Origin: Octopus vulgaris
Taxonomy: Eukaryota
Direction: 5' to 3'
NCBI GenBank assembly: GCA_951406725.2
Contig: OX597823.1
Span: 21,018,001-21,082,000, forward strand
DNA length: 64,000 nt
In this document: positions 1 to 12,355 of the stretch, in pieces
Layout: each line of letters begins with the position of its first letter
Position numbering within the stretch: position 1 is the first letter of the stretch
Notes under the pieces: model-generated
What the model was told of the DNA's origin: nothing
Seen by the model: only the letters and a program-made list of their open reading frames with translations
The model's database searches: none
Made by a program: the position numbers and the translations under genes

Positions 1-172
1 GAAACCAAATTGTATCACAACTAACAAAATATTATTCCTGTGTGTATTGCCCACATTCTAAAAGTCACTGTGATCAAGACAATATTTTAATCTTTTAGAA
101 ATTTTTACGGTATCTTAAATCTTAGTCTTTGCATTCCTTTAACTAAAATATATCATTTGCTACTCACAAATA

Positions 173-551
173 GTCGAGGCGCAATGGCCCAGTGATTAGG
201 TAAGCGGAGTCGCCATCGTAGGATCGTCGTTTCGATTCCCAGATGGGAGCATTGTGAGTGTTTATTGAGCGAAAACATCTAAAGCTCCACGTAGCTCCTG
301 CAGCGGGGTGGCGAATCCTGCTGTACTCTTTCACCATAACTTTCTCTCAATTTTTCTTCCTGTATCTATTGAGTCTGTATTTCAAAGGGCCGGCCTTGTT
401 ACACATTTTGTCACGCTGAATCTCCTCGAGAACTACGTTAAGGGTACACGTGTCTGTAGAGTGCTCAGCCTCTTACACGTTAATTTCACAAGCAGGCTGT
501 TCCTTTGATCGGATCAACTGGAAATCTCGTCGTCGTAACCGACGGAGTGCC
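173..551 (+). mobile_element. tRNA-derived SINE, family A (octopus-type), tail type 1
   Basis: A-box-like TGGCCCAGTGA and B-box-like TTCGATTCC head. Colinear with 15836-16218. Flanked by imperfect TSD ACTCAC(A/G)AATA. Confidence 0.85.
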
Positions 552-1906
552 ACTCACGAATAACTCTCACAGCAAATTTTCTGTTTTCTAGGTCCCGGAG
601 TGAGTCTAGGAACAACGTCTAGAAAACATATCAGTAACAATAACGAAAGCATATTGATCCTTTTATTCCGAGTTGGATACAAGGTCAGTAATTCAAAGAG
701 GATGGGAAAATTGATTACAAAGACTCAATTACTTCAGTGGCATTTTATTTTAGCGAACTCGAAAAATGAAAAATGCCCTCGATAGAACACGGAACATAAA
801 AACCCAGAGCAAATAGTACGAGGTATTTTTTCCGACTCTCTAACAACACTACCCATCCATTAAGTTAAACAATTTTTCATATAATTGCTATGATCAGAAA
901 ATTTTATATTAACGCCAGGACTTGATTAATATCTATTCTATGAAGCCCCTAAATGATAGAAGACAGATTCGATATTGGCCAAATTCGAACTTAGAATGTA
1001 TCGTGTTGAAACTAAATACTGCAAAGTGTTTTGTCCAACGTTCTAACGACTATTCGTATCCAAAAATAATACTCTTGGTCAGATGAAGAATGTTCTTAAG
1101 TAAAAGCGGATTAAAATCCAGCTTGAGTCACGTGATTAGCTTAGCCATGTCGTGCATTGGAATAAGTTGGGATGCATCTTACCTAAGAAAACTAGGATGT
1201 GGCCGAGTTGAATTATCATTACATTGCTATGGTAATGTAATGGGGAGAGGATAAGTACAGGGATGAAGTAATAAGAAATAGGATTATTTAGATATGTTGT
1301 TAGTGCTATTGTATGTCTTCTTTCATCGATAAATCGATGAAACAGTAGGGAAGGTAAAATTCTGTCATAAGAACGTGCAGAATATGAACATTTCAATTTA
1401 TTACGATTGATATAACACAGGAGAGTGTAGAAGAGTGTGTGTATATATATTTGAGTCAACATTAGAGTGTATACATGTGGTGTGGATGTATCTTTGCCTT
1501 TCTATATTTACATGCATATAATGATCAACACATTTTGATACGATTGAAGCAATTACTCGAAATTTCATAACATGAGGTGAGTGTGAATCTACGACTCATG
1601 TAGTTAATCACGCGTATATCTATTTATTTATTTGTAGATGATTGAAGCAATTGATCCATTTTTTATCACCCAAGGTGAACATCGATTGAAACCATCCCAG
1701 TTAAAGAACCGATAGGTTACACAGCCTTACCTTTTCTTCAATAAGAAGCAATCTTTGGGAGCGTTGGCCATCCTCTTAAGACACTGCCAAACCGTTACAG
1801 GAATTTAAAAAGTCAACACCGGTGGTCAAGTACTAATTGTGGGACAAGCACAGAAAACAAACTCACCAAACACACAAGCACTTACACACGCATGCCCGCA
1901 CGCACG

Positions 1907-3432
1907 CACCACCCAAAGTCTGACATAGAAAGGCTATATATACAACGTATGGAAGGTGGTAGAGGCCTTATACAGCTGGAAAACTAATATAAATTAACCA
2001 CCATAGAACTGCAAAAATACCTTCTTCAGAAGCAAGGAAAACTGATACAAATAGTCGCAAGACACGAACAAAATAAAAAAAACTGTTCTCAGTATTTAAG
2101 GAAGCTGACAAATACAAACAAAAAGTCATACTACCGAAGAAGAAGAAGAAGAAGAAGAAGAAGAAGAAGAAGAAGAAGAAGAAGAAGAAGAACAAGAACA
2201 AGAAGAAGAACAAGAACAAGAACAAGAACAAGAAAAAGAAAAAGAAGAACAAGAACAAGAAGAACAAGAAGAACAAGCACAAGAACAAGAACATGAACAA
2301 GAAGAACAAGCACAAGAACAAGAACAAGAACATGAACAAGAACAAGAACAAGAACATGAACAAGAACAAGAACAAGAACAAGAAGAACAAGAAGAACAAG
2401 CACAAGAACAAGAAGAACAAGAAGAACAAGCACAAGAACAAGAAGAACAAGAAGAACAAGCACAAGAACAAGAACAAGAACAAGAAGAAAAAACAACAAA
2501 AGCTATAAAACAAAAGAAATCCAAAATAAAAATAGAACAGCAACGGACTATGATAAAAAGATGGCAAGAAAAGCCCCTTCATGACAAATACTAGACTAAA
2601 CTAAATGCAAATGAAATAGACAGAGAAAAATCTCAGCAATGGTTGAGAAGCTCAGGACTCAAAGCAGAAACAGAGGGATTTTTAATTGCAGCACAAGACC
2701 AAAGCCCCCCCCCCCCCTCCCACCAGAAATTGCCAAAAAACGTATAATGAAAAGAAACATAACAAGTAACTGCAGAATATGTGGAGATGGGCAAGAAACA
2801 ATAAATCATATTATCTCTGGCTGCCCAGTCCTGGCTAAGAAGGAATATATTCACAAACACGACAGAGTTGGGACCTATATACACTGGAAACTATGCCAAC
2901 ATTATGGAATAACAACAGAAAAAAGATGGTATAGGCACACACCAGAAAAGGTCACAGAAAACGAGAAAGCAACCATACTATGGGTTATGCCAATACACAC
3001 AGATAGGGAAATTAAGGCCAATAGGCCAGATATTGTTGTCAGAGATCATGAAGAAAAATATACTTTCTAATTGATCTATCAATACCATAGATGACAACGT
3101 GTCTCTAAAAGAAATAGAGATATTTTCAAAATAAAAAGACCTGGAAATAGAGGTAACTCGAATGTGGAATCCAAAAACAGAAACAATTCCTATCTTAGAA
3201 GGCGCATTAGGTATGATAAAAAAATATTCAAACAAATACATAACAAAAACACCCGAACTTACAAATATATATAACATACAGAAAATTGCACTACTGGGCA
3301 CTGCACACATCCTACGCAAAACATTTTCAATATAGTAACCATAAGAGCATCACAGCAAACCACAGCACATACCCAAGGCACACAACGCTGCGCTCGGTAG
3401 TGAAGTGAAAGCACGCTATAAAAATAAAACTA
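1907..3432 (+). mobile_element. Dong/R4-type non-LTR retrotransposon, 5'-truncated and degenerate (RT thumb, CCHC, REL endonuclease, 3' UTR)
   Basis: Translates to HPKSDIERLY..GGRGLIQLE, CRICG...ETINHIISGCPVLA...HDRVGTYIHWKLC and KANRPDIVV, with stops and frameshifts. The 3' UTR matches 3561-3657 in inverted orientation. Confidence 0.85.
2137..2490. repeat. (GAA)n/(GAACAA)n compound microsatellite expanded inside the LINE
   Basis: Direct reading. Identical 30-nt units at 2401-2430 and 2431-2460. Confidence 0.95.
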
Positions 3433-3486
3433 GAGTTCTCATTCCTAACGCTTTTTTCCTTTTTTTCGATGTTGTTATTGTTGTTG

Positions 3487-3563
<77 letters not shown>

Positions 3564-4019
3564 TAGTTTTATTTTTATAGCGTGCTTTCACTTCACTACC
3601 GAGCACAGCTCTGTGTGCCTTGGGTATGTGCTGTGATTTGTTGTGATGCTCTGATGGTTATTGTATGGAAAGTGTTCTGCGTAGGATGTGTGCAGTGCCT
3701 AGTAGTGCAATTTTCTGTATGTTATATGTGTTTGTAAGTCCTGGTGTTTTTGTTATGTATTTGTCTGAATATTTTTTTATCATGCCTAATGCACCTACTA
3801 TGATAGGAATTGTTTCTCTTTTCAGATTCTCTATTCTAATTACCTCTATTTCCAGGTCTTTGTATTTTGAGAGTTTCTCCATTTCTTTTAGAGACACGTT
3901 GTCATCAGCCGGTATTGATACATCAATTAGAAAGCATTTTTTTTCTTCATGATCTCTGACAACTATATCTGGTCTGTTGGCCTTAATTTCTCTATCTGTG
4001 TGTATCGGCATACACACAG

Positions 4020-4064
<45 letters not shown>

Positions 4065-4140
4065 TTTATTATTCATAATAAATCATTACTAAAATTTAAT
4101 CATTAATTTAATCATCATTATTATTATTATCATGATCATG

Positions 4141-4178
<38 letters not shown>

Positions 4179-4246
4179 TATTATTATTATTATCATTATT
4201 ATTATTCAGGTCTCTGCCTGGAATGGAACTCGGAATCTTGGGGTTA
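3433..4246 (-). mobile_element. tRNA-headed HHR element (family D), left copy, interrupted by a Dong insertion in its (TAA)n
   Basis: 4201-4246 is the reverse complement of the tRNA 3' half at 4261-4305. 3433-3480 is the reverse complement of the CAT(C/A)GAAAAA...TTAGGAATGAGAAC segment at 4333-4362. Confidence 0.7.
3561..4019 (-). mobile_element. Dong/R4-type LINE 3' end (intact REL endonuclease segment plus 3' UTR) inserted in (TAA)n
   Basis: ORF 3658-4017 has RPDIVV..DVSIP..KEMEKLSKYKDL..IVGALG. (TTA)n tracts lie on both sides. Confidence 0.9.
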
Positions 4247-4480
4247 AGCGCGTGGGCTACTAACTCCAAGATTCAGATTTCGATTCCAGGTAGTGACCTG
4301 AATAATAATAATGAAAATAATAATAATAATAACATAGAAAAAATACCTTAGGAATGAGAACCCAAGTTCTAAATTTCCAAGACACCTGATGAAAGCTGGA
4401 TAGTATATCAGCCGAAGCGTTGTGTTAACAACAAACAAGAAGAGGACAAATATCCGTCAAATGTAAATAATGTAAATAAT
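4242..4480 (+). mobile_element. tRNA-headed HHR element (family D), right copy
   Basis: Partial tRNA-like head (TTCGATTCC B box), then (AAT)n, an HHR motif and an AAATGT-repeat tail. Colinear with 14815-15205. Confidence 0.75.
4381..4426 (+). ncRNA. Minimal type I hammerhead ribozyme motif (one lesion, GAAA>GAAG)
   Basis: GACAC CTGATGA AA GCTG-loop-CAGC C GAAG CG TT GTGTT. Stem I GACAC/GTGTT, stem II GCTG/CAGC. Confidence 0.7.
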
Positions 4481-5198
4481 GAAGATACAGAGAGCTCTAT
4501 ACTGACCAAGGTTTGGCCACGAAATGGAGGGTCCACCTTTGGAATGAGAAAGTGTCTCCGCTGTTCTGCATCTGCAATAGAGTGGATGAAACTATTGCCC
4601 ATATCATTAAGGAATGCCTTAGACTTGTCCAAAACCACTACATGTTGTGGCAACACGGACAGGTAGCCAAAATGCTACATTGGAAACGGTGCGAAAAGTG
4701 TGGACTAGAGAGAGGCAAAATGTGATATGAGCATAAACCGGAGTCGGAGACTAGCAAAATACTCTGGGATTTCCCAATCCAAACTGATCGTACCTAGTGG
4801 TGGTGAACACGGTGCACCACATATGCTATATAGCGGGTGTTACGTGCGCCTTTGATACAGGAATAGTCAAGAAAGAAGACGAAAAGATCGATAGATACAA
4901 CCCTCTTAACTACGAAAGAACCTGGTTATGGAAAATGAAGAAGATGAAGATAGTGCCAATTATTGCTGGATGATTGAGAACAATATCAGAAGGCATCAAG
5001 AGGAATATAACGGAAATTGGAATAGAGTACCCAGCGGAATTGTAACAAAAGGTTTGCCTCCTTGGCACGGCCAGAATAATTAGGAAAGTATTAGATAAAT
5101 GAAAGAACAGATAGCATGGTACCGTTGTCTGCAGGTAGTAAGCCTGCTATGCATGTAAGACTCCAGTAGCTCCAACAAAACCTGTGATAAAGAGAAAA

Positions 5199-5200
<2 letters not shown>
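4481..5200 (+). pseudogene. Older degenerate Dong/R4-type LINE 3' fragment
   Basis: CICNRVDETIAHIIKEC...HGQVAKMLHW, KILWDFPIQTD, KIVPIIAG, with many stops. Confidence 0.75.
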
Positions 5201-5250
<50 letters not shown>

Positions 5251-5508
5251 GTTGGTGTTGTTGTCGTTGTTGATTTTGTTGTTGTTTTTGTTGTTGTTGT
5301 TGTTATTATTATTATTATTATCATTATTATTATTATTAATAATAATAATAATAATGATGATGATGATAATGATGATGATGATAATTCTAATAACAACAAC
5401 GAAGCTAATGAAACGATAAACATATGAAACAATATAGAGTATTATAATAATATAATATGGTATGATTTAGGCATCTGACCACATGTATAGGCACTCACAT
5501 ACATTAGC

Positions 5509-5597
<89 letters not shown>

Positions 5598-6208
5598 AGT
5601 CAGCATACCTATTTAGAGAGAGAGAGAGAGAAATTTAAGAACTTAGATACATACATGCATATATAAATAAATAGATATACATGCATATTTATATTTGTGT
5701 CTTTATGTGCAAGTGTGTGCATGTGCGTGTTCGTGCTCGCGAAGCGCGTGTGCGTATGCAAGTATGTATACGCATAGGCCTTGACGTGTATACAACGTGA
5801 ATATCAGAGTTTGTGTGATTATGTGTACCTACAGCTATGGAATACGGTATGGACGCTGGATGTGAAAATGAAAGCTGCAGCGAACACAGATGCAAGCGTA
5901 CAATGAAGTAGGCAAAAGTTAAAACGACTGACAATAGCATCAACCGTCAACTTTAACGGAATAAAGAAAAGGATACATTTGCCATAGGATAGGTTCGAAA
6001 GTTTATCTTTCTAGATGACGGAACAATGAAATACAGAAATACATCTTTATAAATAACAATGATCTTACATGCATAGACAGACGTTTATTTATGTGCATAT
6101 AACATATTTTTTTATTCGTTTCAGCCATTTGCCTGCGGCCATACTGGAACGCAGACAGATAGATACGCACACACATACGTACACATATATATTTATGTAT
6201 GTATTGAT

Positions 6209-6239
<31 letters not shown>

Positions 6240-6248
6240 GATATATAT

Positions 6249-6648
6249 GTAGGAGTGGCTGTGTGGTAAGTAGCTTGCTTTCCAACCACATGTTTCCGGG
6301 TTCAGTCCCACTACGTGGCACCTTGGGTAAGCGTCTTCTACTATAGCCTCGGGCCGACCAAAGCCTTGTGACTCGATTTGGAAGAAGGAAACTGAAAGAA
6401 GCCCGTCATATATATGTATATATATATGTATGTGTATATATGTTTGTGAATCTGTGTTTGTCCCACCAAAATTGCTTGACAACCAATGCTGGTGTGTTTA
6501 CGTCCCCGTAACCTAGCGGTTCGGCAACAGAGATCGATAGAATATGGACTAGGTGTACAAAATATAAGTCCAGGGGTCGATTGACTAAAGGTGATGCTCC
6601 AGCATGGCCACAGTCAAATGATTGAAACAAGTAAAAGAGTAAAAGAGT
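6249..6648 (+). mobile_element. tRNA-derived CORE-like SINE, family B
   Basis: TGGCTGTGTGG...GGTTCAGTCCC head, CCTTGGG(C/T)AAG CORE-like motif, internal TA/TG microsatellite and (GTAAAAGA)n tail. Several copies in the window. Confidence 0.85.
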
Positions 6649-6711
6649 ATATGTAAATTTATATATACGCGCACAAATACACACATATGCATATACATCT
6701 ATCTTACTATC

Positions 6712-6800
<89 letters not shown>

Positions 6801-6843
6801 ATGTATATATATATATATATATATATATACAGCGCTCTGTTTA

Positions 6844-6904
<61 letters not shown>

Positions 6905-7406
6905 GCGTGTGTGTGTGCAGAAATGGAGAGAGCTAAACACCTAAATAAGTGAGCAGAATTCCATTCCGCTACTGAGGATATTTTTGGCCTGCAACAATCT
7001 ATAGAAAAAGCCGGTAATGACATGATGAAATTTCGTCTAGTTGAATGGCGACTAAGATATATAACAATAAGTAAATACATCTCTCGCAGATGCAGGTCCC
7101 TGCCAGCACAACATACATAACACACCATCATCAACTCACACACCACAACGTATGCACACATTATACAAAGTACGCAGAAACATAGGCAAACGATACTCAT
7201 GAACACTCTGCCTTAAATGCATCGAAATACTGGACAGGGAAGGAGAAACGACTGAGGTGGAAACTAAGAGAAAAAATTCTGTCAGCTCGCTTTCCTCGAT
7301 TTCAGCACGACGCGTATTTATAGTGAATGCATATTGTAATGTGGAAATTGACGATGTAAAGTCTGTTCTCAGCATATTGTCATTGGAATAATTTTTCTAT
7401 TCTCCT

Positions 7407-7816
7407 TACTCTTTTTACTCTTTTACTTGTTTCAGTCATTTGACTGCGGCCATGCTGGAGCACCGCCTTTAGTCGAGCAAATCGACCCCGGGACTTATTC
7501 TTTGTAAGCCCAGTACTTATTCTATCGGTCTCTTTTGCCGAACCGCTAAGTTACGGGGACGTAAACACACCAGCATCGGTTGTCAAGCAATGCTAGGGGG
7601 ACAAAAACACACACACACAAACACATACACATATATATATATATACATATATACGACAGGCTTCTTTCAGTTTCCGTCTACCAAATCCACTCACAAGGCA
7701 TTGGTCGGCCCGGGGCTATAGCAGAAGACACTTGCCCAAGATGCCACGCAGTGGGACTGAACCCGGAACCATGTGGTTGGTTAGCAAGCTACTTACCACA
7801 CAGCCACTCCTGCGCC
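7407..7816 (-). mobile_element. SINE family B, near full length
   Basis: Colinear with 6249-6648 and 30573-30970. Short TSD CTCCTT. Confidence 0.9.
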
Positions 7817-8234
7817 TCCTTGTTTATAAGTTGTTTATAATTTTAACATTTATAGACGTTTTATATGCTGCCACTTTATATATTAGTAGTAGATTTATTA
7901 GCATTCACTTAGGGACTGGTAACCACTATAAGTTGTGGTTCAGAATAGATCACACGTGTGCTGAGGCTTGCTAAAGGATTTTACATTTAGATATAACTGG
8001 GGTACTTATGTGTACACATGACTGTTGCTTCTGCTTTTTTCCATGGGTGCTTGTAAGCATTTCATTTATGTCTTATCGTATTTTCTACTGAAGAGGGAAA
8101 AATGCATAGGATTAATCCCGCAATTGATTCAATATAGAAATAACGAACTTTTTTCTAAAAAAATTCTGTTAGCTCGCTTTCCTCGATTTCAGCACGACGT
8201 GTATTTATAGTGAATCTATATTGTAACGCGAAAA

Positions 8235-8464
8235 GGCGGCGACCTGGCAGATAAGTTAGTGCACCGGGCGAAATGCTTAGCGGTATTTCGTCTGTCGTTA
8301 CGTTTTGAGTTCAAATTCCGCCGAGGTCGACTTTTCCTTTCGTCCTTTGGGGGTCGATAAATAAAGTACCAGTTTCGCACTGGGGTCGATGTAATCGACT
8401 TAATCCCTTTGTCTGTTCTTGTTTGTCCCCTCTATGTTTAGCTCCTTGTGGGCAATAAAGAAAT
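8235..8464 (+). mobile_element. tRNA-derived SINE with Meta-like central domain, family C
   Basis: TGGCAG..GTTAG / GAGTTCAAATTCC head and CCTTTC(A/G)TCCTTT(C/G)GGGGTCGATAAA..AGTACC core. Imperfect TSD TAT(A/G)TTGTAA. Confidence 0.85.
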
Positions 8465-8553
8465 ATATGTTGTAATGTGGAATTTGACGATTTAAAGTCT
8501 GTTGTCAGCATATTGGCATTGAAATAATTTTTCTACTGTCCTTGTTTATAAGT

Positions 8554-8595
<42 letters not shown>

Positions 8596-8686
8596 TTTTT
8601 TTAATATTTATATGTATGTATGTATGTATGTATGTATGGCGATGTTCCAGCATAGCTGCTGTCAAGTGTCTGGAACAATTTAAAAA

Positions 8687-8764
<78 letters not shown>

Positions 8765-9515
8765 TACAGCTTCTTTTTAGTTTCCTTCTGTCAAATCCAC
8801 TCACAAGGCTATGTTCGACGAGGCTATAGTAAAAGACACTTGCCCAAGTTACTATGCATTTAGAGTGAACCCAGAACTATGTTGCTAGGGAGGAAACTAC
8901 TTACAACATAACCAAGCCTGTTAAAGGACTTCATTAATAATTTATTTATTAAAAATGCATGCTAAGATTATAATTATTGTTTCTGATATAGGTATAAAGC
9001 CAGTACCTTCTGATGGAGGTATTGTGTCGATACCATTTGTATTAATACGACATTGGTCCTTTATTTTGTTTACCCCAGAGAAATGAAAAGTTAAGGCTGA
9101 GTACCGCAAGATTTGATCTGAGGACACAAAAAGCAGGTATGTATACCATAATACACTTTTACGATGTTACAACTGTTTTGCCAGGTCGTCGCCCCCTCGA
9201 AGCATACATTAACACACGCATCGATATCAATAAGTTTGCAAAAAAAAAGATAGAAAAACTAGAAATAATATAAATTTATGAATAAATTCACCGATAAACT
9301 AATAACATTATTAAGCAATTAACACAGAAAGCGGAAAATTGACTTGTCTTTATTTCTGTTTCAACCCGGAGCTAGTAATATTTAATGTCACTTAATAGTA
9401 CAATAAATATCACATATAATAATTAGCTATGTGTATTTATTTGCTGCGGAGGTGAGAATGATGGATATGCTTTCAACAGGATGAGTATTCTGAGATAGGT
9501 GCGTGTATGTGTTTC

Positions 9516-9550
<35 letters not shown>

Positions 9551-9554
<4 letters not shown>

Positions 9555-10345
9555 ATAAAAGATAGAAAAAAACGCAATAGAGGACAATAAAACATCCAGA
9601 CAGATAAACGATACAAAGGCGGACGGAAGAAACAACAATTAGAAGGCTAGGGAAAAAAATACGATCATTCGCGGCCTTCTTTCTTGAGATTCAAATAGTT
9701 TTGACTGTTATTTCCTGCAGGTAGACATATGTCCTTTGATTAATTTTGAACCTCGTTTTTTTGTTTCCCCTCTCTCACATTTCTTTGCCGTCTCTTCTTG
9801 CTCACTTTCCCTCCTCTTTTTACTTCACTTTGTCCCTGTCATTTTTGTCTCGCCCCTCCTTAATTCTTCTGTCTCTCGGCTTCTACTTCTCTCTCTTCTC
9901 TTTCAACGTGACCGGAGTTCGGCCAAGCCTGTTCTTTCTTTCTTGGTCTGGCCGTTGGTCTTCCTTGTGTTTGTGAAAATTTTGTATCTCTGCCGTAAGG
10001 CTTCATTTCCACACACGCCAGTTTAATTCAATTCGTCCTTTGACGAAAGACACCTGTTGTTATATCCTGTTATTATTTTTATTGTATTTGTGTTTGTGTA
10101 ACATTGGCCGTTTTTTCTGTCCTCGTTTTTTTTATACATTCCCTGCTTTCTTCCAAGAAATATAATGCTCTTAGCTTAGTATTTCCTTAGGGTTGGCCAG
10201 ATTGGAGCAATCGTAAGTATAATCAGCCGAAATTGCGAGGATAATCTGGTGCTTGATTGAGGAAAGAAAACTTCGAATGACCCGTCCTTGTTTTCTTTGT
10301 ATCATCTATCTGGATGTTTTGCGTACTTGTCCCATTTTGTATTTT
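9551..10345. mobile_element. Degenerate inverted-tail (Penelope-type) element between microsatellites
   Basis: 9590-9672 (AAAACATCCAGA..GATACAAAG..TCATTCG) is a diverged inverted copy of 10274-10322. Confidence 0.45.
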
Positions 10346-10559
10346 ATATATATATATATGTACATACATCCAGACAGACAGACGTATTCTTGTGTGTGTA
10401 TGTGTGTGCATATTATGCCAAGGTGAAACAAGGTAAAATGGACCGTAGCTTGAATCTGGACTCTGAATGTAATTAGATGTAATTAAAAATTATGGTGGTC
10501 AGCCTTTCGCAATTGTGATTATTACTGTTGAAAAAACCCTGAGTAAATTTGGAAAAGAT

Positions 10560-10905
10560 CGGCTGAGTACGAAATCAGTAATATTTGCTGATTGAGATGT
10601 ATATTGATTATATGTTTTAGCCCTTGCGAAATCTTTGCCTCTGCTTGAAACGACTTTCGTAGAACCACGGGAGGTAAATGGAAGACACAGAACCCGATTG
10701 TTTATCGCTCCGGAAAACAGAGTTTCTCCATTATTTGACAATAGTCTTGGACGGATGACCTTACCTCGCAGTAAGGAACGCAACTGAGGACAGCAACATC
10801 AAATTCCCTCATTCACCAAATTCCACACACCACAGAAAGAGTAGCAAATAGCAATGGCTCAGCATGGCCGCAGCTCTCAGGTTGAAACTAGAAAAGGAAA
10901 AGGAA
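10560..10905 (+). pseudogene. Degenerate 3' end of a CR1-group LINE
   Basis: DDLTSQ*GTQLRTATSNSLIHQ aligns with [22 protein letters not shown] of the 27.3-kb LINE. Followed by the CAGCATGGCCGCAG..GAAAC tail. Confidence 0.6.
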
Positions 10906-11793
10906 ATGAAGCCACCGATTCTACAAATACAGCAACACTCTCAGCTCATTTTGTAACTTAACTGAAGTCACAGTATTTTGTGGGTGGCTGGCTGGTGTAG
11001 ATAATCACACTATCTTCGGTACTAAGTTGTATATCAATGTAGTCATCCCCGGAAGTATTAAAATGGAAAGTAGACGTCGGTTGAAGCTAGTCTCAGAACT
11101 TAAAGAAAAAAGACCTGATTAAATATATACAACATTTCCTCTGCCATTCTTTCGATTTTCTGAAGCAGATATCCTTAAAGAAACAAAGTAAATATTAAAA
11201 GGAATAAACTCTGCATATAACGTCAAAAGGAGATTAGACAGCAAGAACTGAACAATATTTCTGTGTCAATGATAGTATGTCTTGAGGGCCTCTGAGAGCC
11301 ATCTGCTGTATTTCAGAAACCATTGGATTTCAAATGGAACAAACGTCAATAACAGCGAAGAAAATAAAGAAAAAGAAAAGACATAAATAGGATCGAGTTT
11401 TCTAAGTACCGTCTCATATGATTGCTTTTTAATAAAAATTACGGATAAACATATTGTGAGAGCAAGAAATTCTATACGAGGTAAAAAAGGTCGAACGATA
11501 CTATGAACATAAATTCGTTACGGGAAACACTTAGCCAGAACATCTGTATGTCTGTCTGCATGTATGTATCTATGCATGAATGTACGTATGTGTTTAGGTA
11601 TGAATTTTTAATATATTACACATATAACTGAAAATATGTGTACCAGGTCTGAACGCATATGCTGCTTGAATGTATCAGTAAAAATAGACACTACACACAT
11701 ACACACACATACACGGATGCATATATATGTATGTATATATGTATGTATGTATGTATGCATGTATGTATCTCTCTATCTCTCTATCTATCTATC

Positions 11794-11833
<40 letters not shown>

Positions 11834-11834
11834 C

Positions 11835-11920
<86 letters not shown>

Positions 11921-11923
<3 letters not shown>

Positions 11924-12167
11924 ACAAGATATAGATAATGGTCAATACACATTTTTCCTTTATTAGAAAATTATTCTGCTTTGTTATAACCAGAAATGGC
12001 TCTGACGAAAATAGTATTAATTTATTTTAGGCCGTTCAATTTTTCTCAACCAATCAATAGACCAATTGAGTAACGTACCAATAAGGACTACTGGAAACAG
12101 CTCTAAGCTAAATTTGCACTTATAAAGGAAAAAAAATATTTAATGACCATTATCTATAACTTGTCTT
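11921..12167. mobile_element. Miniature inverted-tail element enclosing an HHR, next to (TA)n
   Basis: AAGACAAGATATAGATAATGGTCA...TTTTTCCTTTA is inverted to TAAAGGAAAAA...TGACCATTATCTATAACTTGTCTT. Confidence 0.7.
11998..12109 (+). ncRNA. Degenerate hammerhead motif with 85-nt extended stem II
   Basis: GGCT CTGACGA [85 nt] GAAA CAGCTC TA AGCT. Stem I GGCT/AGCT; internal pairings TAGT/ACTA, TTATT/AATAA, CGTT/AACG, TCAATT/AATTGA. Confidence 0.6.
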
Positions 12168-12355
12168 ATATATCATTCTTTAAAAACCAGTTTGTCTGGA
12201 GTCCATCTACCGATTTACAATAGAGATTTATGATGAACCATAACCTCGAAGTATTCTGCCACAGGAATACTTAGAGCTCGTCATTAATCTAAGCACTATT
12301 GCTAGCCTGGTGTGCCAACAGATAGCTTATGAAGTATTTTGCCCGGATTGATAAT

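Noticed and set aside
1968-2582. Long F/L-, C/S- and K/N-rich ORFs
   Set aside because: Translations of the (GAA)/(GAACAA) microsatellite.
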